55,002 nucleotides of DNA. It comes from a virus. Taxonomy: Duplodnaviria; Heunggongvirae; Uroviricota; Caudoviricetes. The notes under the pieces are model-generated. The model did no database searches, was not told the origin of the DNA, and saw only the letters and a program-made list of their open reading frames with translations. A program made the translations under genes and the position numbers. This document shows, piece by piece, positions 44,411 to 53,903 of the stretch (positions are counted from its first letter, which is position 1; every line of letters starts with the position of its first letter). Where the stretch lies: positions 1-55,002 of IMG/VR virus record IMGVR_UViG_3300021479_000008, one strand, 5' to 3'.

Positions 44411-44910
44411 TGACGTCTCTTTTTCTTCAACAATGCCTCGGCAAACAGCTCCAAATCCCTCTTCCAGACTCCATGATGCTTAACTACACTACGAAACTCT
44501 TCTATATCATGTTTACGGACGCGGAACAAATATCTACCACGTTCGTCTTTCTTCTGCTTTGAATGCTTGTTGAGAATAACACCTACGTGACATAATTCAT
44601 GGTCTATCAACGCGTACTTCTTTTTCTTACCGAACTTTGGATCGTTCCACACTTCCTTGTTCAAGAGTATTACAAAATCGTATACCGCTAACTCACGCTG
44701 TAGATCAGAGGCTTTACAACACTTACCAAGAATAAGATGACCGTCTCGGTCTGGTTTCAATGCAATACGCCACGCCAACGCGATTTTGGCTCTCTTAATT
44801 TCCTTATGATACTTTTTACGCATTTTACGCATGTACTTATACGGAGATTCAGTTTCTGGTATAAGCTCAAATCGTACTGGCTTTGGTTTTTCCTTTTTCT
44901 CTTTCATCAC
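44407..44910 (-). CDS. Putative phage metallopeptidase
   Basis: ALIDHELCHV...KHDIEEFRSVVKHHG. Confidence 0.75.
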   Translation of the reverse strand: MMKEKKEKPKPVRFELIPETESPYKYMRKMRKKYHKEIKRAKIALAWRIALKPDRDGHLILGKCCKASDLQRELAVYDFVILLNKEVWNDPKFGKKKKYALIDHELCHVGVILNKHSKQKKDERGRYLFRVRKHDIEEFRSVVKHHGVWKRDLELFAEALLKKKRRQ

Positions 44911-45098
44911 AACTCCGAAATAAACTTAGGTCTTGTTTCCAACGTCAACTGCCACTGATGCCAATAAGTAGATCTACCAACTCTGTACACAAGCGTACCT
45001 ACTTGTAAACCAACGGCACTAACAACTCCACGTCCCTTGGGTGTTTTTACAATATCACCACGTTGAAACTTTGCTGGTATACAACGCAAATCTTTCAT
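44907..45098 (-). CDS. Small SH3/KOW-like protein
   Basis: KFQRGDIVKTPKGRGVV. Confidence 0.5.
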   Translation of the reverse strand: MKDLRCIPAKFQRGDIVKTPKGRGVVSAVGLQVGTLVYRVGRSTYWHQWQLTLETRPKFISEL

Positions 45099-47842
45099 TC
45101 TACCTCCAATCTACTGACTCGATTATGCTTACGTACTGTAATTGTTCTTTCTCCATGTAACTCAGAAAGTATTTCCCGGTTATGACTACAAATCCAGATA
45201 GCGCCAAATCGTTTCTTCAGGTCTTGCAACGAACGAGCAAACTGTCTGGCTGTCTGGGCATCAAGCCCTTCTCCCGGTTCGTCGAGTATCAGAAGATTAC
45301 ATTTCGGGGCTACCTCACGTAAAGCAAAACTGGAAATAAGTCCTGCTAGTGCTCTTTCTCCACTTGACTGATCGTCTATCTCTGCTCCACCTCTTGGGTT
45401 GATGATCTTAGGAGAAAACTCGCCGTCTTCAATCTCAAACCGCACTTGTAACTCATTATCACTGAACAACTCGGCATAATAACTGGCAGCTCGATTAAGT
45501 ACTGGGCACAACTGTACATTAAGAAAAGCGGGGATACCATCTCTGGAAAATGCCTCGGCAGCGAATTGATATACCTTAGATTTTCTCGCATAGTGTTTCA
45601 ACTGTAGCTTCAACTTTGCTTTCTTTCGTTTGAGTTTTCTAAGTCTTGACTCTGCATGTTTGATTGTTCTTGATTCTTTGGACTTGGCCAATATATCGGC
45701 GTACTGCGAACGCAACGTTTTCTCCTGCAAACTAAGTTTAGTAAACTGTTCCTGTTCTTCGTATTCCTTATCCTGTAACACACTAACTTTTTTGTCATAA
45801 CGTTTTAACCTTTTCTCTGCTTCATCCCATATCCTACGTCTTCGATCGAACTCGGCTTGTACTTTTTTGGAATAACGCTTTGTCCACGTCTTACTGACTG
45901 GTTGGAAACACGTTGGACATTCTTTCTTATGGGCGACTTTAAACCACCTACCACTTACCTCTGTATATTGCTCGAACTCACGTTGACTGACTATATACTT
46001 TTCCTTCAGCTTATTCAACTTATGAATCTGACTTACCAACTTCTTGTTACTGGGGCAAATGATCTTTGATAACTCCTTCTTGGCATTTTCCCAATTCTCT
46101 TTCACGTTCCTTAACTGAATACTGGAAATAGACTTGAGATCTACTATGGAACGTACTGTATGCTTGATTGCTTCTCTGGCCCCATTCAACTTCCCAAGTA
46201 TTCTATAACGCTTGGCTTCATTTTCAGTAATATCCAACTTTACAAGCTTAAGCGCTTTTTCAAAACGTTCAAGATTTTGGACGCGAGACAATACTTCAGT
46301 TCTGGACTTTCTGGTTCCAGATAGAAACGCATTGGCAACAGATCTGTCAATGTAAACGGCGTTGGCAAGCGTTTGCCAAGTAAAACCTGTACTTTGTTCA
46401 ATTTGAATCTGTGTAGTACCTTCTTTTCTGTCATTTGATTTCATCCCCGAACTAACATCTACTCCATCTTTCTTCATCTGTAGCATTGGTGGCCTACGAC
46501 CACGTTTTATCTGAATGATCTGACCTTGATGATTTCGTAACTTCAACCTAACGTATGCTTCATCTTTTGTCCAACGACTGGCCCAACTGTCATGCTTCTG
46601 TTCTTTAAACGTCCTACCAAATAAAGCGACTGGAATAGGCTGTAACAATGATGTCTTTCCGGACCCGTTGCTCTTACCACCTCTGTCTTCGTTTACTCCC
46701 CGAATAATAGTAATACCATTACTTGAAAGATCAACGTCAAGTGTTCTGTATGAAAGAAAGTTCTTGGCTCTCATACTAAGAAACTTCATACTAAGACTTT
46801 GACGTGTACCACCTTCACACTGGGATAGGACTTGGAGCATGTACTCTATAACCATCGACGGGGCATTCTTGCTTTGCTTAATAAATTCTCGTACTTTCTT
46901 TTCGTCGGAATCGGATGTGCTAATTCTGGATCGTCCAAAGTCGCTAACGCTTTCATTGAACTTTGGTACGACGAAGATTTCTGCTCCTTTATACTTTCGT
47001 TCTGCTGTATGTCTAGCTTTTTCAAGTCGTCTACCGTAATCTTGACTAGCATCACAGGACACGGGATATCTAATCCTGGTGCCTGTCCAGCTCGTAGGCT
47101 TATATCTTTCAAACCCATCGACACTGACGTCATACCATCCTGGGATGGTTGAAAGCTCAGATGCGAGCCCATCTTTCCCCACAATAATATATCGTTTTTG
47201 TTGATTGACTTCACCCCAATCTGTGCAGAAAGGGCTTCCAACATAATACGTCTGCGTTCCTTCAATACGTTGCGGTAGATGGATATGACCAGCAATAGTG
47301 TATCTATAACTAGTAACCCGAAGATCGCCCACAGAAAGTTTTGCATCTGACTTACCTCCCAAATTATTGTACTTTGCTCCACTAATGTCTTGGTGAAACA
47401 ACAACACATCTTTCGTTTTATCTGGGTGTGACTTTAGTAAATTCTTGGCTGATGCTTTTACGTTTGCTACTGTATCCCAAGGGAGAATAAACAACCTCTC
47501 TTCTCCTGTGTTGTATATACCCGGTTTATCGTATGTCTTGGCCCCTGCTCGGCGTAATATTGAAAACCAGTTATTGGCCTGCGTGTACTGCCCTATCCTG
47601 TCGTGGTTTCCAAGTACACATATGACTGTGTATCCAAGTTTTACTGCTTGGCGTATTGCCCTTTGCCACCACTGCACAACTCTAACGTCCACTGGATTGT
47701 ATGTGGCTTTGAGGTCTCCACATACTACGATCGTACGCAGCTTATACTTCTTGCACAAACGCAGTATCTGATCCCATGCTTTGGAGCAGAGATCCAGATT
47801 TGAAAAGTCACACTGAAAATCGCCTGTAACTAAAAACGACAT
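45095..47842 (-). CDS. SbcD/Mre11 nuclease fused to SbcC/Rad50 ATPase (gp47-gp46-like)
   Basis: GDL, GNHD, GHIH phosphoesterase motifs; NGSGKTS Walker A, CPTC hook, SSGE signature, LLILDEP Walker B, all in one ORF. Confidence 0.9.
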   Translation of the reverse strand: MSFLVTGDFQCDFSNLDLCSKAWDQILRLCKKYKLRTIVVCGDLKATYNPVDVRVVQWWQRAIRQAVKLGYTVICVLGNHDRIGQYTQANNWFSILRRAGAKTYDKPGIYNTGEERLFILPWDTVANVKASAKNLLKSHPDKTKDVLLFHQDISGAKYNNLGGKSDAKLSVGDLRVTSYRYTIAGHIHLPQRIEGTQTYYVGSPFCTDWGEVNQQKRYIIVGKDGLASELSTIPGWYDVSVDGFERYKPTSWTGTRIRYPVSCDASQDYGRRLEKARHTAERKYKGAEIFVVPKFNESVSDFGRSRISTSDSDEKKVREFIKQSKNAPSMVIEYMLQVLSQCEGGTRQSLSMKFLSMRAKNFLSYRTLDVDLSSNGITIIRGVNEDRGGKSNGSGKTSLLQPIPVALFGRTFKEQKHDSWASRWTKDEAYVRLKLRNHQGQIIQIKRGRRPPMLQMKKDGVDVSSGMKSNDRKEGTTQIQIEQSTGFTWQTLANAVYIDRSVANAFLSGTRKSRTEVLSRVQNLERFEKALKLVKLDITENEAKRYRILGKLNGAREAIKHTVRSIVDLKSISSIQLRNVKENWENAKKELSKIICPSNKKLVSQIHKLNKLKEKYIVSQREFEQYTEVSGRWFKVAHKKECPTCFQPVSKTWTKRYSKKVQAEFDRRRRIWDEAEKRLKRYDKKVSVLQDKEYEEQEQFTKLSLQEKTLRSQYADILAKSKESRTIKHAESRLRKLKRKKAKLKLQLKHYARKSKVYQFAAEAFSRDGIPAFLNVQLCPVLNRAASYYAELFSDNELQVRFEIEDGEFSPKIINPRGGAEIDDQSSGERALAGLISSFALREVAPKCNLLILDEPGEGLDAQTARQFARSLQDLKKRFGAIWICSHNREILSELHGERTITVRKHNRVSRLEVE

Positions 47843-48121
47843 TTACGTATTTTCTTCCAACACTTTTCCACGACCAGCTTCATGTACAGCCGGGATAGAA
47901 CACCAATCTGGTGATAACTGAGAATACTCTTCATCTGTTAAAGCCCTTCGGTAATGTATCGCCAATTCCATTGCTTCAACTGAACTTGGAAACTGTCCAA
48001 CACCACTCAAAAGAAACTTAGCCGTTTTTATCAACACGCGCTTCGTTGATTCTGAGACTTCATCCAACAACAATGTTCTTCGTTTCTCCATGTCTAATGC
48101 TGCAACTGAGGAATGCCACAC
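47843..48121 (-). CDS. Hypothetical protein
   Basis: GTG start after GGGAGG. Confidence 0.55.
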   Translation of the reverse strand: MWHSSVAALDMEKRRTLLLDEVSESTKRVLIKTAKFLLSGVGQFPSSVEAMELAIHYRRALTDEEYSQLSPDWCSIPAVHEAGRGKVLEENT

Positions 48122-48145
48122 GGGCCTCCCATCATTAAAATCGAG

Positions 48146-48277
48146 TCACTTATTGACTGTAACGATTGTCGATACGTAACGAGCATCAACTATCAAACCT
48201 TCCCAAAATTTCTGATCCATTGTCTCTTGAGCTTCAGCGCATGGATTCTTTATGGCAACTACACATCGTTCATTCAT
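48146..48277 (-). CDS. Small hypothetical protein (43 aa)
   Basis: Hand translation MNERCVVAIK...; GAGG RBS. Not in the ORF track. Confidence 0.4.
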   Translation of the reverse strand: MNERCVVAIKNPCAEAQETMDQKFWEGLIVDARYVSTIVTVNK

Positions 48278-48284
48278 AACATCC

Positions 48285-48467
48285 TCACTCGTCGATCTTC
48301 TTGCCTTTGGCAATTGCTTGAAATGATTTACCCAACGTATCTAGCTGGGCACGACTCATTTCTAATGGCTCATCCCGTCCTGTCTTACTCAACACTTCCA
48401 TTGTATATCTTCCTTCTCCAACGTACGTAACGTAAATCGTTCCTCTTCCAATTCTTATCTCAGCCAT
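48285..48467 (-). CDS. Hypothetical protein
   Basis: Start overlaps the upstream stop. Confidence 0.55.
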   Translation of the reverse strand: MAEIRIGRGTIYVTYVGEGRYTMEVLSKTGRDEPLEMSRAQLDTLGKSFQAIAKGKKIDE

Positions 48468-48853
48468 TACTTTTTCTCCTCTTTCTTCTCGATCTTGGTA
48501 AACTTCCCTTCTACAACATCGAGTGAATATACATCCTTCTTTACCTTTGCTTGCTCGTATACCTTATCTGATTCTTTTTGCATTTCGGAATTAGCTTTCG
48601 CTTCATCAGCTTTTGCGGTATCAAAAGCTAGCTGTAATTCTCTCATTTGTAGATTAAGTCTTTGTGCATCACTAGTAGCTTGTACTTGCCGTTTCTGCGC
48701 ATCGTCTATCTTATGCTGAATGGAAAGCAATACAACGTGATCTTCCGGTTTTACGGTTGGTATTTCCTGTGCGCCTATAATCCCAATACTAAAAAACAAC
48801 ATTACTGCCCACTTCTTCTTCATCGTTCGTTCTCCTTTTATATTTTTGCCCAT
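48467..48853 (-). CDS. Exported coiled-coil protein (likely start MKKKWAV)
   Basis: Signal-like MKKKWAVMLFFSIGIIGA after AAAGGAG; long coiled coil. Confidence 0.6.
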   Translation of the reverse strand: MGKNIKGERTMKKKWAVMLFFSIGIIGAQEIPTVKPEDHVVLLSIQHKIDDAQKRQVQATSDAQRLNLQMRELQLAFDTAKADEAKANSEMQKESDKVYEQAKVKKDVYSLDVVEGKFTKIEKKEEKK

Positions 48854-48990
48854 CCAAACGGTGTTTTAATCTTATAACACCTAATACACTCATACAAACC
48901 AACTGAAAGAGGATTAGCTGCTACTTGTGGTCGTCTAACAGTAACTAATTGCGGTTTATGCCAACCTATAAAACACAATAATCTACTCAT
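48838..48990 (-). CDS. Small Cys/His protein (DUF1660-like)
   Basis: MSRLLCFIGWHK...CIRC; ATGA overlap at 48987-48990. Confidence 0.5.
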   Translation of the reverse strand: MSRLLCFIGWHKPQLVTVRRPQVAANPLSVGLYECIRCYKIKTPFGWAKI

Positions 48991-49985
48991 CTTTCTTCCC
49001 TCCTGAAATACTTGCAGAGTTTCCACAACACTGCAACTGTGGCAGGCATGTCATCGCCTACCGAATTTAACAACAGAATTGACTTACTGATTACATTTGT
49101 ACGTTCTGAAAAATCTGTTTCTGCTACCAGAATTGCTTGCAGGTATTGACTTACCCTACGACGTATGATTACGTTTGATTCTGGAGCAGTGCTCATTAGA
49201 CGCTTGCCGACACTTTCCCAATCTCCCTTTATCACTCCACGGCAAATGGCATATACGTCCGCTTCTGTTTCTAATGCTACCTTTGACGCTTCTTCGGCTG
49301 TTGTTTCTGGTTCAATGTATTTCTGTACTGCACGCAATACTGATCTACCACCTGTGATTCCTTTTTCCAACAAACAATCTGCTAACTCACTTACGCTCTT
49401 GTCACTTTTACATTTCTCCAACGCACGCTTGACAAGCTTCTTGACTCCACTAATATCTAACGTACTAATTTCGTACATCGTACAGCGAGACTGGAGTGTG
49501 TCGAGTATACTGACTGGTTTGGTAGTACAAATAAACCACCACGTTGTCTTTGGACTCTCCTCGAAGAACTTAAGTAACAGATTCTGTGCGTGCTTAGACA
49601 GCTGATGGGCTTCATCGAGAATATATACCCGCTTCTTGCTTCCTGGCTTTGGAAAATTAAATGCTCCACTTGTAGCTTCTCTCAACGCGTCTATTCCCGT
49701 AATATCAGAAGCGTTGATTTCAACTATATCGAATGCACTGCTTCTACGTCTACATTTTCTACACGGATGACCAAATCGTTTCTGGTGAGTACACTGGAGT
49801 GAAATGGCCATGATTCTTGCAATAGTAGTTTTTCCTGTTCCTGTTTGACCATGCAACAACCAACAACGTGAACTGTGTCCCGAATCCATCTGCCCGCGTA
49901 TTTTCTTAACTAGACGGTCCAACCCAACTAACTCCTCAAACGTCTGAGGTCTCATGCTCAACGCGAGATCGTCTGACGGTTTCAT
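48987..49985 (-). CDS. dnaX: DnaX (gamma/tau)-like clamp loader AAA+ ATPase
   Basis: RPQTFEELVG, GQTGTGKTTIARI, EINAS, ILDEAHQLS..AQNLLLK, SRC. Confidence 0.85.
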   Translation of the reverse strand: MKPSDDLALSMRPQTFEELVGLDRLVKKIRGQMDSGHSSRCWLLHGQTGTGKTTIARIMAISLQCTHQKRFGHPCRKCRRRSSAFDIVEINASDITGIDALREATSGAFNFPKPGSKKRVYILDEAHQLSKHAQNLLLKFFEESPKTTWWFICTTKPVSILDTLQSRCTMYEISTLDISGVKKLVKRALEKCKSDKSVSELADCLLEKGITGGRSVLRAVQKYIEPETTAEEASKVALETEADVYAICRGVIKGDWESVGKRLMSTAPESNVIIRRRVSQYLQAILVAETDFSERTNVISKSILLLNSVGDDMPATVAVLWKLCKYFRREER

Positions 49986-49997
49986 ACTAAACGTATC

Positions 49998-50369
49998 TCA
50001 TCTAACAACATCTGACCACACTTTGGACATCGTAGATTTAGCTATCGTTCTTTCGACTGGTGTTGATGGTATCGTTAACAAACGTATAGGAACTTTTCTA
50101 GGTGTATAAGAACGTACTGGAATAGAACGTAGGGCGGAAGCTTGGTGTAACAACACTTGATGCAATTCAATATCGACTAAAATCTTTGACTTCAATGCCG
50201 GATGACTTATTTTATCTCCCCTATACGTATAGCTCCAGTCGTGCAACCATTTATACAACGTTGTTTTTCCTATTCCAAGAGCTCTAGCGGCTAGTATTCG
50301 ATCTCCGTGTAGTAGACTAACTGTTTCGAGAACATACTCCTTCTCTACTTCATACAACGGGCGAATCAT
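49998..50369 (-). CDS. Fis/NtrC-type HTH protein
   Basis: PLYEVEKEYV...GDRILAARALGIGKTTLYKWL. Confidence 0.8.
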   Translation of the reverse strand: MIRPLYEVEKEYVLETVSLLHGDRILAARALGIGKTTLYKWLHDWSYTYRGDKISHPALKSKILVDIELHQVLLHQASALRSIPVRSYTPRKVPIRLLTIPSTPVERTIAKSTMSKVWSDVVR

Positions 50370-50616
50370 ACTTCACCCCCTTCGGCGTGTACCTAATGAC
50401 TGCATCTACCAGATCTTGTACCGTTTTTATACGATCATACTCTTCATCTGGAATTACCGTATGGTAGTACTCTTCCACATATGTTCCTAACTTTATTACA
50501 TCTAACGAATCCAAACCCAAACTTTCTAACGTTTTTTCTGGGGGCAGCTCAACTGTCCGTATCTTATCGTGATACTCAACTATCTTTTTTGGAACGTATG
50601 TGCTTGGATGTTCCAT
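50350..50616 (-). CDS. acpP: Acyl carrier protein
   Basis: LESLGLDSLD...EEYY...IPDEEYDRIKTVQDLVD. Confidence 0.85.
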   Translation of the reverse strand: MEHPSTYVPKKIVEYHDKIRTVELPPEKTLESLGLDSLDVIKLGTYVEEYYHTVIPDEEYDRIKTVQDLVDAVIRYTPKGVKYDSPVV

Positions 50617-50853
50617 TTAGTCGGCTCGTCTCTTTGTTACGAATTGCGAACGTTGCATTTCCATCGCCAGTTCAAATGCGTCTTCTAACTTAGCTTCGGA
50701 GGCAGTCTCGAAATTCTCCATGATCCAAAACAAGATCGTTCTGGGTGATGTAACGTCATGCTCTACTAACGTAAACGTTCGCTCTCCATTCTTAGTAGCT
50801 TTGGCGTAACACTTATTATCAATCTGTACTTGTCTGTCCTTGGATGTACGCAT
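50617..50853 (-). CDS. Hypothetical protein
   Basis: AGGAG RBS before MRTSKD (ATG at 50853). Confidence 0.6.
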   Translation of the reverse strand: MRTSKDRQVQIDNKCYAKATKNGERTFTLVEHDVTSPRTILFWIMENFETASEAKLEDAFELAMEMQRSQFVTKRRAD

Positions 50854-50860
50854 ATTTCTC

Positions 50861-51184
50861 CTATCCGATGCTTTGACCAACGCGTGCTGCCATCGACTCA
50901 AGTGCCAACTGACCACGCCTCAACTGTTCAAGTATCTCCCTTTTCTTCTGACTACGTTTCAATCTAATCTCATCTGTATCTCCTACTGGTACAGTCCTAA
51001 GGAATGTATCAATAGCGACTTGTAACTGCGGCATGTTGTTTGCATCGCGTATGACCAACGGAAGAGCTTGCCCTATTACCGTAGCAAGATCATCATGTCT
51101 ATCTTCATACCCAAACAACGTAGAGATAGGATCTTCCTTAGGTTCTTGTATTTTTTCTGGTACATGAATATCTGTCTTAGCCAT
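50861..51184 (-). CDS. Hypothetical protein
   Basis: AGGAG RBS. Confidence 0.6.
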   Translation of the reverse strand: MAKTDIHVPEKIQEPKEDPISTLFGYEDRHDDLATVIGQALPLVIRDANNMPQLQVAIDTFLRTVPVGDTDEIRLKRSQKKREILEQLRRGQLALESMAARVGQSIG

Positions 51185-51186
51185 TG

Positions 51187-52131
51187 TTATTTCTCCTTTT
51201 TCTTAATTGTTTCTGGATCTACAAAGTTCCACTTAGGTTCGTAGAAGTAGGCCATATACCCAGTCTTTTTTCTTTCAATTGAACCACCACCAGCTTTGTT
51301 TTTACGATTGCTTATAATTCCTTTTACTCCCACTTGCTTCCCTTTACGGATGATTGCCCCATCCGCAATTCTACGCATCCATACAACTACACTGGAATAG
51401 TATTGGATTCCGTTTCCGCCTGTTACATACTCCGGGTTGCCAAACATTTTACCTGGGTTTGTTCTCAACTGCGCGATCAGAATAATCAACGTATTTGTTC
51501 TAGCTGCTAGCGCCATCCAGCGCTTACTCACTGCATTCAAAAACACAGCGGGGGACGTTCTTGTCCGCATGTTTTGCTCGGTTAAGCCCGCCATCAATTC
51601 TTCTTCTGGAGAAAATGACGTTGTGGAATCTACAACGAGTACCCGCTTTCCTTTAGGGTCTTGCTTGTGCATCAACTTCATCCACATCTCAGCACGATTG
51701 AACACATCTTCGGCAGCTTCCACATCGTATGGAACAAGCTTATTTTTCTTCTGTTTCTTGTGTTTGAATTCTCCATACTCCGGTTCAAACAATGCGACTA
51801 ATTCTGGATCTACACCCTGTCTTGCAATATGAATTGGATCGTAGCTATTTTCTCCGTCTAGCCATGCTCCATCGGCATCGTCTTTTTGGGCCAGTCCCAA
51901 TATCCATGCTGCTATCGCCGATTTACCTGATGACGGGGGACCGGCAATAAGTACTACCTTTCCATACGGTACACCAAGTTTCTTTGAACCGAATACCTTG
52001 TTTGCCCAACTAGACAAAAGATCAAGCCAATGCAAAGGAGGCTTAACAAGGCTTTTATACCCAAGATTCTTCTTGATAAGCTCAACTACCTCTTGTCCGG
52101 ATATCTTCTTTTTACGATGGTGACGACTCAT
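51187..52131 (-). CDS. recA: RecA/UvsX-like recombinase
   Basis: GVPYGKVVLIAGPPSSGKS, LDGENSYD, LVVDS, IAQLR, GGNGIQYYSSV, KNK. Confidence 0.88.
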   Translation of the reverse strand: MSRHHRKKKISGQEVVELIKKNLGYKSLVKPPLHWLDLLSSWANKVFGSKKLGVPYGKVVLIAGPPSSGKSAIAAWILGLAQKDDADGAWLDGENSYDPIHIARQGVDPELVALFEPEYGEFKHKKQKKNKLVPYDVEAAEDVFNRAEMWMKLMHKQDPKGKRVLVVDSTTSFSPEEELMAGLTEQNMRTRTSPAVFLNAVSKRWMALAARTNTLIILIAQLRTNPGKMFGNPEYVTGGNGIQYYSSVVVWMRRIADGAIIRKGKQVGVKGIISNRKNKAGGGSIERKKTGYMAYFYEPKWNFVDPETIKKKEK

Positions 52132-52901
52132 CTCATCCTCTTCCCAGCTTCTGACTGTTTCTGGTCTGGGATTATGTCATCGAAGATCATGGGCACTTTC
52201 TCTTGGAATTCTTTCAACAACGGAATCGTTACCTGCTTCATCTGGGGATGTGTTTCTTTACTGGTACGCATCACTAGGAAATGTCTCCAGTTCCTCAGGT
52301 TACCGGTGATGATTATTCTGGATGCAAGGGCGTTGGGGAATACTGAACGGGCTAGTTGTGGTGCCCATTTCTTAGCTAGTAAACCTTTGTACACATTTTC
52401 TGCATGCTGTATCGCACCTAACCACGTCTCATCGTATAGGCACGGACCACCATGTTGATGGGACCAAAATGTATCGTGCACAGCGGCACGTTTGGCTTCA
52501 TCTCCAGCTAAACAAAACTCACACTCAACTCCAACTACAGGATAAATAAAAGAGGGAGGAATCTTTTTCTCGTAATTTACAAACCTCGTGCTTTCCTGGG
52601 TATAGCTGAATAGACGATGGCGGACTATCTCGTGGGTAATTCCGCGATCAACGTAAGCGTCTACACTTACTGTAGCGTGCTCGACTACTGACCAGTCTCC
52701 GTGCTCCAATACTACGTGCTGTATGATCTTCTTCCAACTATCTTGGGTGACTGCATCCTCCGAACGATGACTGATTCTAGCACACCATTCTATATGCTTC
52801 AACAAATGCAAACCATGTCTATATTCAAACTGATCCGTTATCAATGAATCCATATCATTTGCTGGTGGTAACATCTTCGCATACGGCTTAATTATCTTCA
52901 T
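52128..52901 (-). CDS. thyX: FAD-dependent thymidylate synthase
   Basis: HGDWSVVEH, HEIVRHRLFSYTQESTRFV, ARSVFPN, NLRNWRHFLVMR. Confidence 0.92.
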   Translation of the reverse strand: MKIIKPYAKMLPPANDMDSLITDQFEYRHGLHLLKHIEWCARISHRSEDAVTQDSWKKIIQHVVLEHGDWSVVEHATVSVDAYVDRGITHEIVRHRLFSYTQESTRFVNYEKKIPPSFIYPVVGVECEFCLAGDEAKRAAVHDTFWSHQHGGPCLYDETWLGAIQHAENVYKGLLAKKWAPQLARSVFPNALASRIIITGNLRNWRHFLVMRTSKETHPQMKQVTIPLLKEFQEKVPMIFDDIIPDQKQSEAGKRMR

Positions 52902-53390
52902 TTAATCTCCTTCTCGTGCTTGTCTAACGTGATGCCTGTGTAACAAATTTTGTACCACCTGTCCTCCAACCAATACTGCACCTGGAGATTCTTCCGATGA
53001 CGTTGCACGGTAATGTGCTTTCTTATGGTTTGGTCGCATGAATTCCATCATCGCATAGTTTGCAATGTCTATCAACCATTCTGTGTTTCCCGTTTCTTTG
53101 TATTTCTTCAAACGCTGCACCAAACACGGGATGGAATCTGGTACATACTCTTTACGCATGACATGACCATACTTTATGAATCCATGAATCATTCTATTGA
53201 CCATGCCTTGCATGAAAAATACACTTACTTGATCTTGCGGAACATGCTTTGTCCACTTAATGACTAATTTGGCTGGATTAGTGTCTTTAGGAGTGCTTGC
53301 CTGATAGGGCGTAGACGCAATAGGACGCGTTTTAAGCGATGTTTTTCGTTTTGTAGTGGTTTTGGTGGTTGGAGTGCTTTTTCTTGCCAT
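52902..53390 (-). CDS. Hypothetical protein, possible MazG-like all-alpha NTP pyrophosphatase fold
   Basis: RLKKYKETGNTEWLIDIANYAMMEF; next to thyX. Confidence 0.45.
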   Translation of the reverse strand: MARKSTPTTKTTTKRKTSLKTRPIASTPYQASTPKDTNPAKLVIKWTKHVPQDQVSVFFMQGMVNRMIHGFIKYGHVMRKEYVPDSIPCLVQRLKKYKETGNTEWLIDIANYAMMEFMRPNHKKAHYRATSSEESPGAVLVGGQVVQNLLHRHHVRQAREGD

Positions 53391-53405
53391 TTTCGATTCC
53401 TTACA

Positions 53406-53439
53406 AATGTAAAATGCGGGAGGCTTTTACACCTCCCGC
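53406..53439 (-). terminator. Rho-independent terminator-like hairpin
   Basis: GCGGGAGG-loop-CCTCCCGC followed by ATTTTACATTT, just downstream of the SSB stop. Confidence 0.7.
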
Positions 53440-53447
53440 TACCCGTA

Positions 53448-53903
53448 CTACTTCCGTGGCTTACGCGGTTTGCGCTTCTTTGCTGCTTTCTTCCGTGGCT
53501 TACGTTTTGGCTTCTCCTCGGCCTCCGACTCTTCTGATTCTTCGGCTTCGGATTCTTCCTCGGACTCGGATTCGCTTTCACTTTCTGACTCCGACTCTTC
53601 CTTACTCTTTTTACCTTTCTTCTTTTTCTTCTTGTCCGATTCGGACTCCGATTCACTCTCGGACTCTTCTTCACTCTCTTCTTCGGACTCTTCCTCGGAT
53701 TCGGACTCCGATTCGCTCTCGGATTCCTCACCTTTCTTTTTCTTCTTCTTTTTCTTCTTATCCGACTCGGATTCACTTTCCGATTCAGACTCTTCTTCCG
53801 ATTCTTCGGCTTCGGATTCCTCTTCCGATTCCTCGGCGCTGGATTCTTCGGCTTCTGAACTGCTCTCTTCTACTTCTTCATCTTCCTTCTTCTTACGTCC
53901 CAT
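53448..53903 (-). repeat. Low-complexity (ES)n / poly-E / poly-K coding repeats
   Basis: Repeated tcggactccgattc-type units; two ESESESESDKKKKK blocks. Confidence 0.9.

Noticed and set aside
53264-53776. 170-aa minus-strand Arg/Lys/Pro-rich ORF
   Set aside because: Alternative-frame read of the same repeat; it crosses the terminator and resembles no domain.
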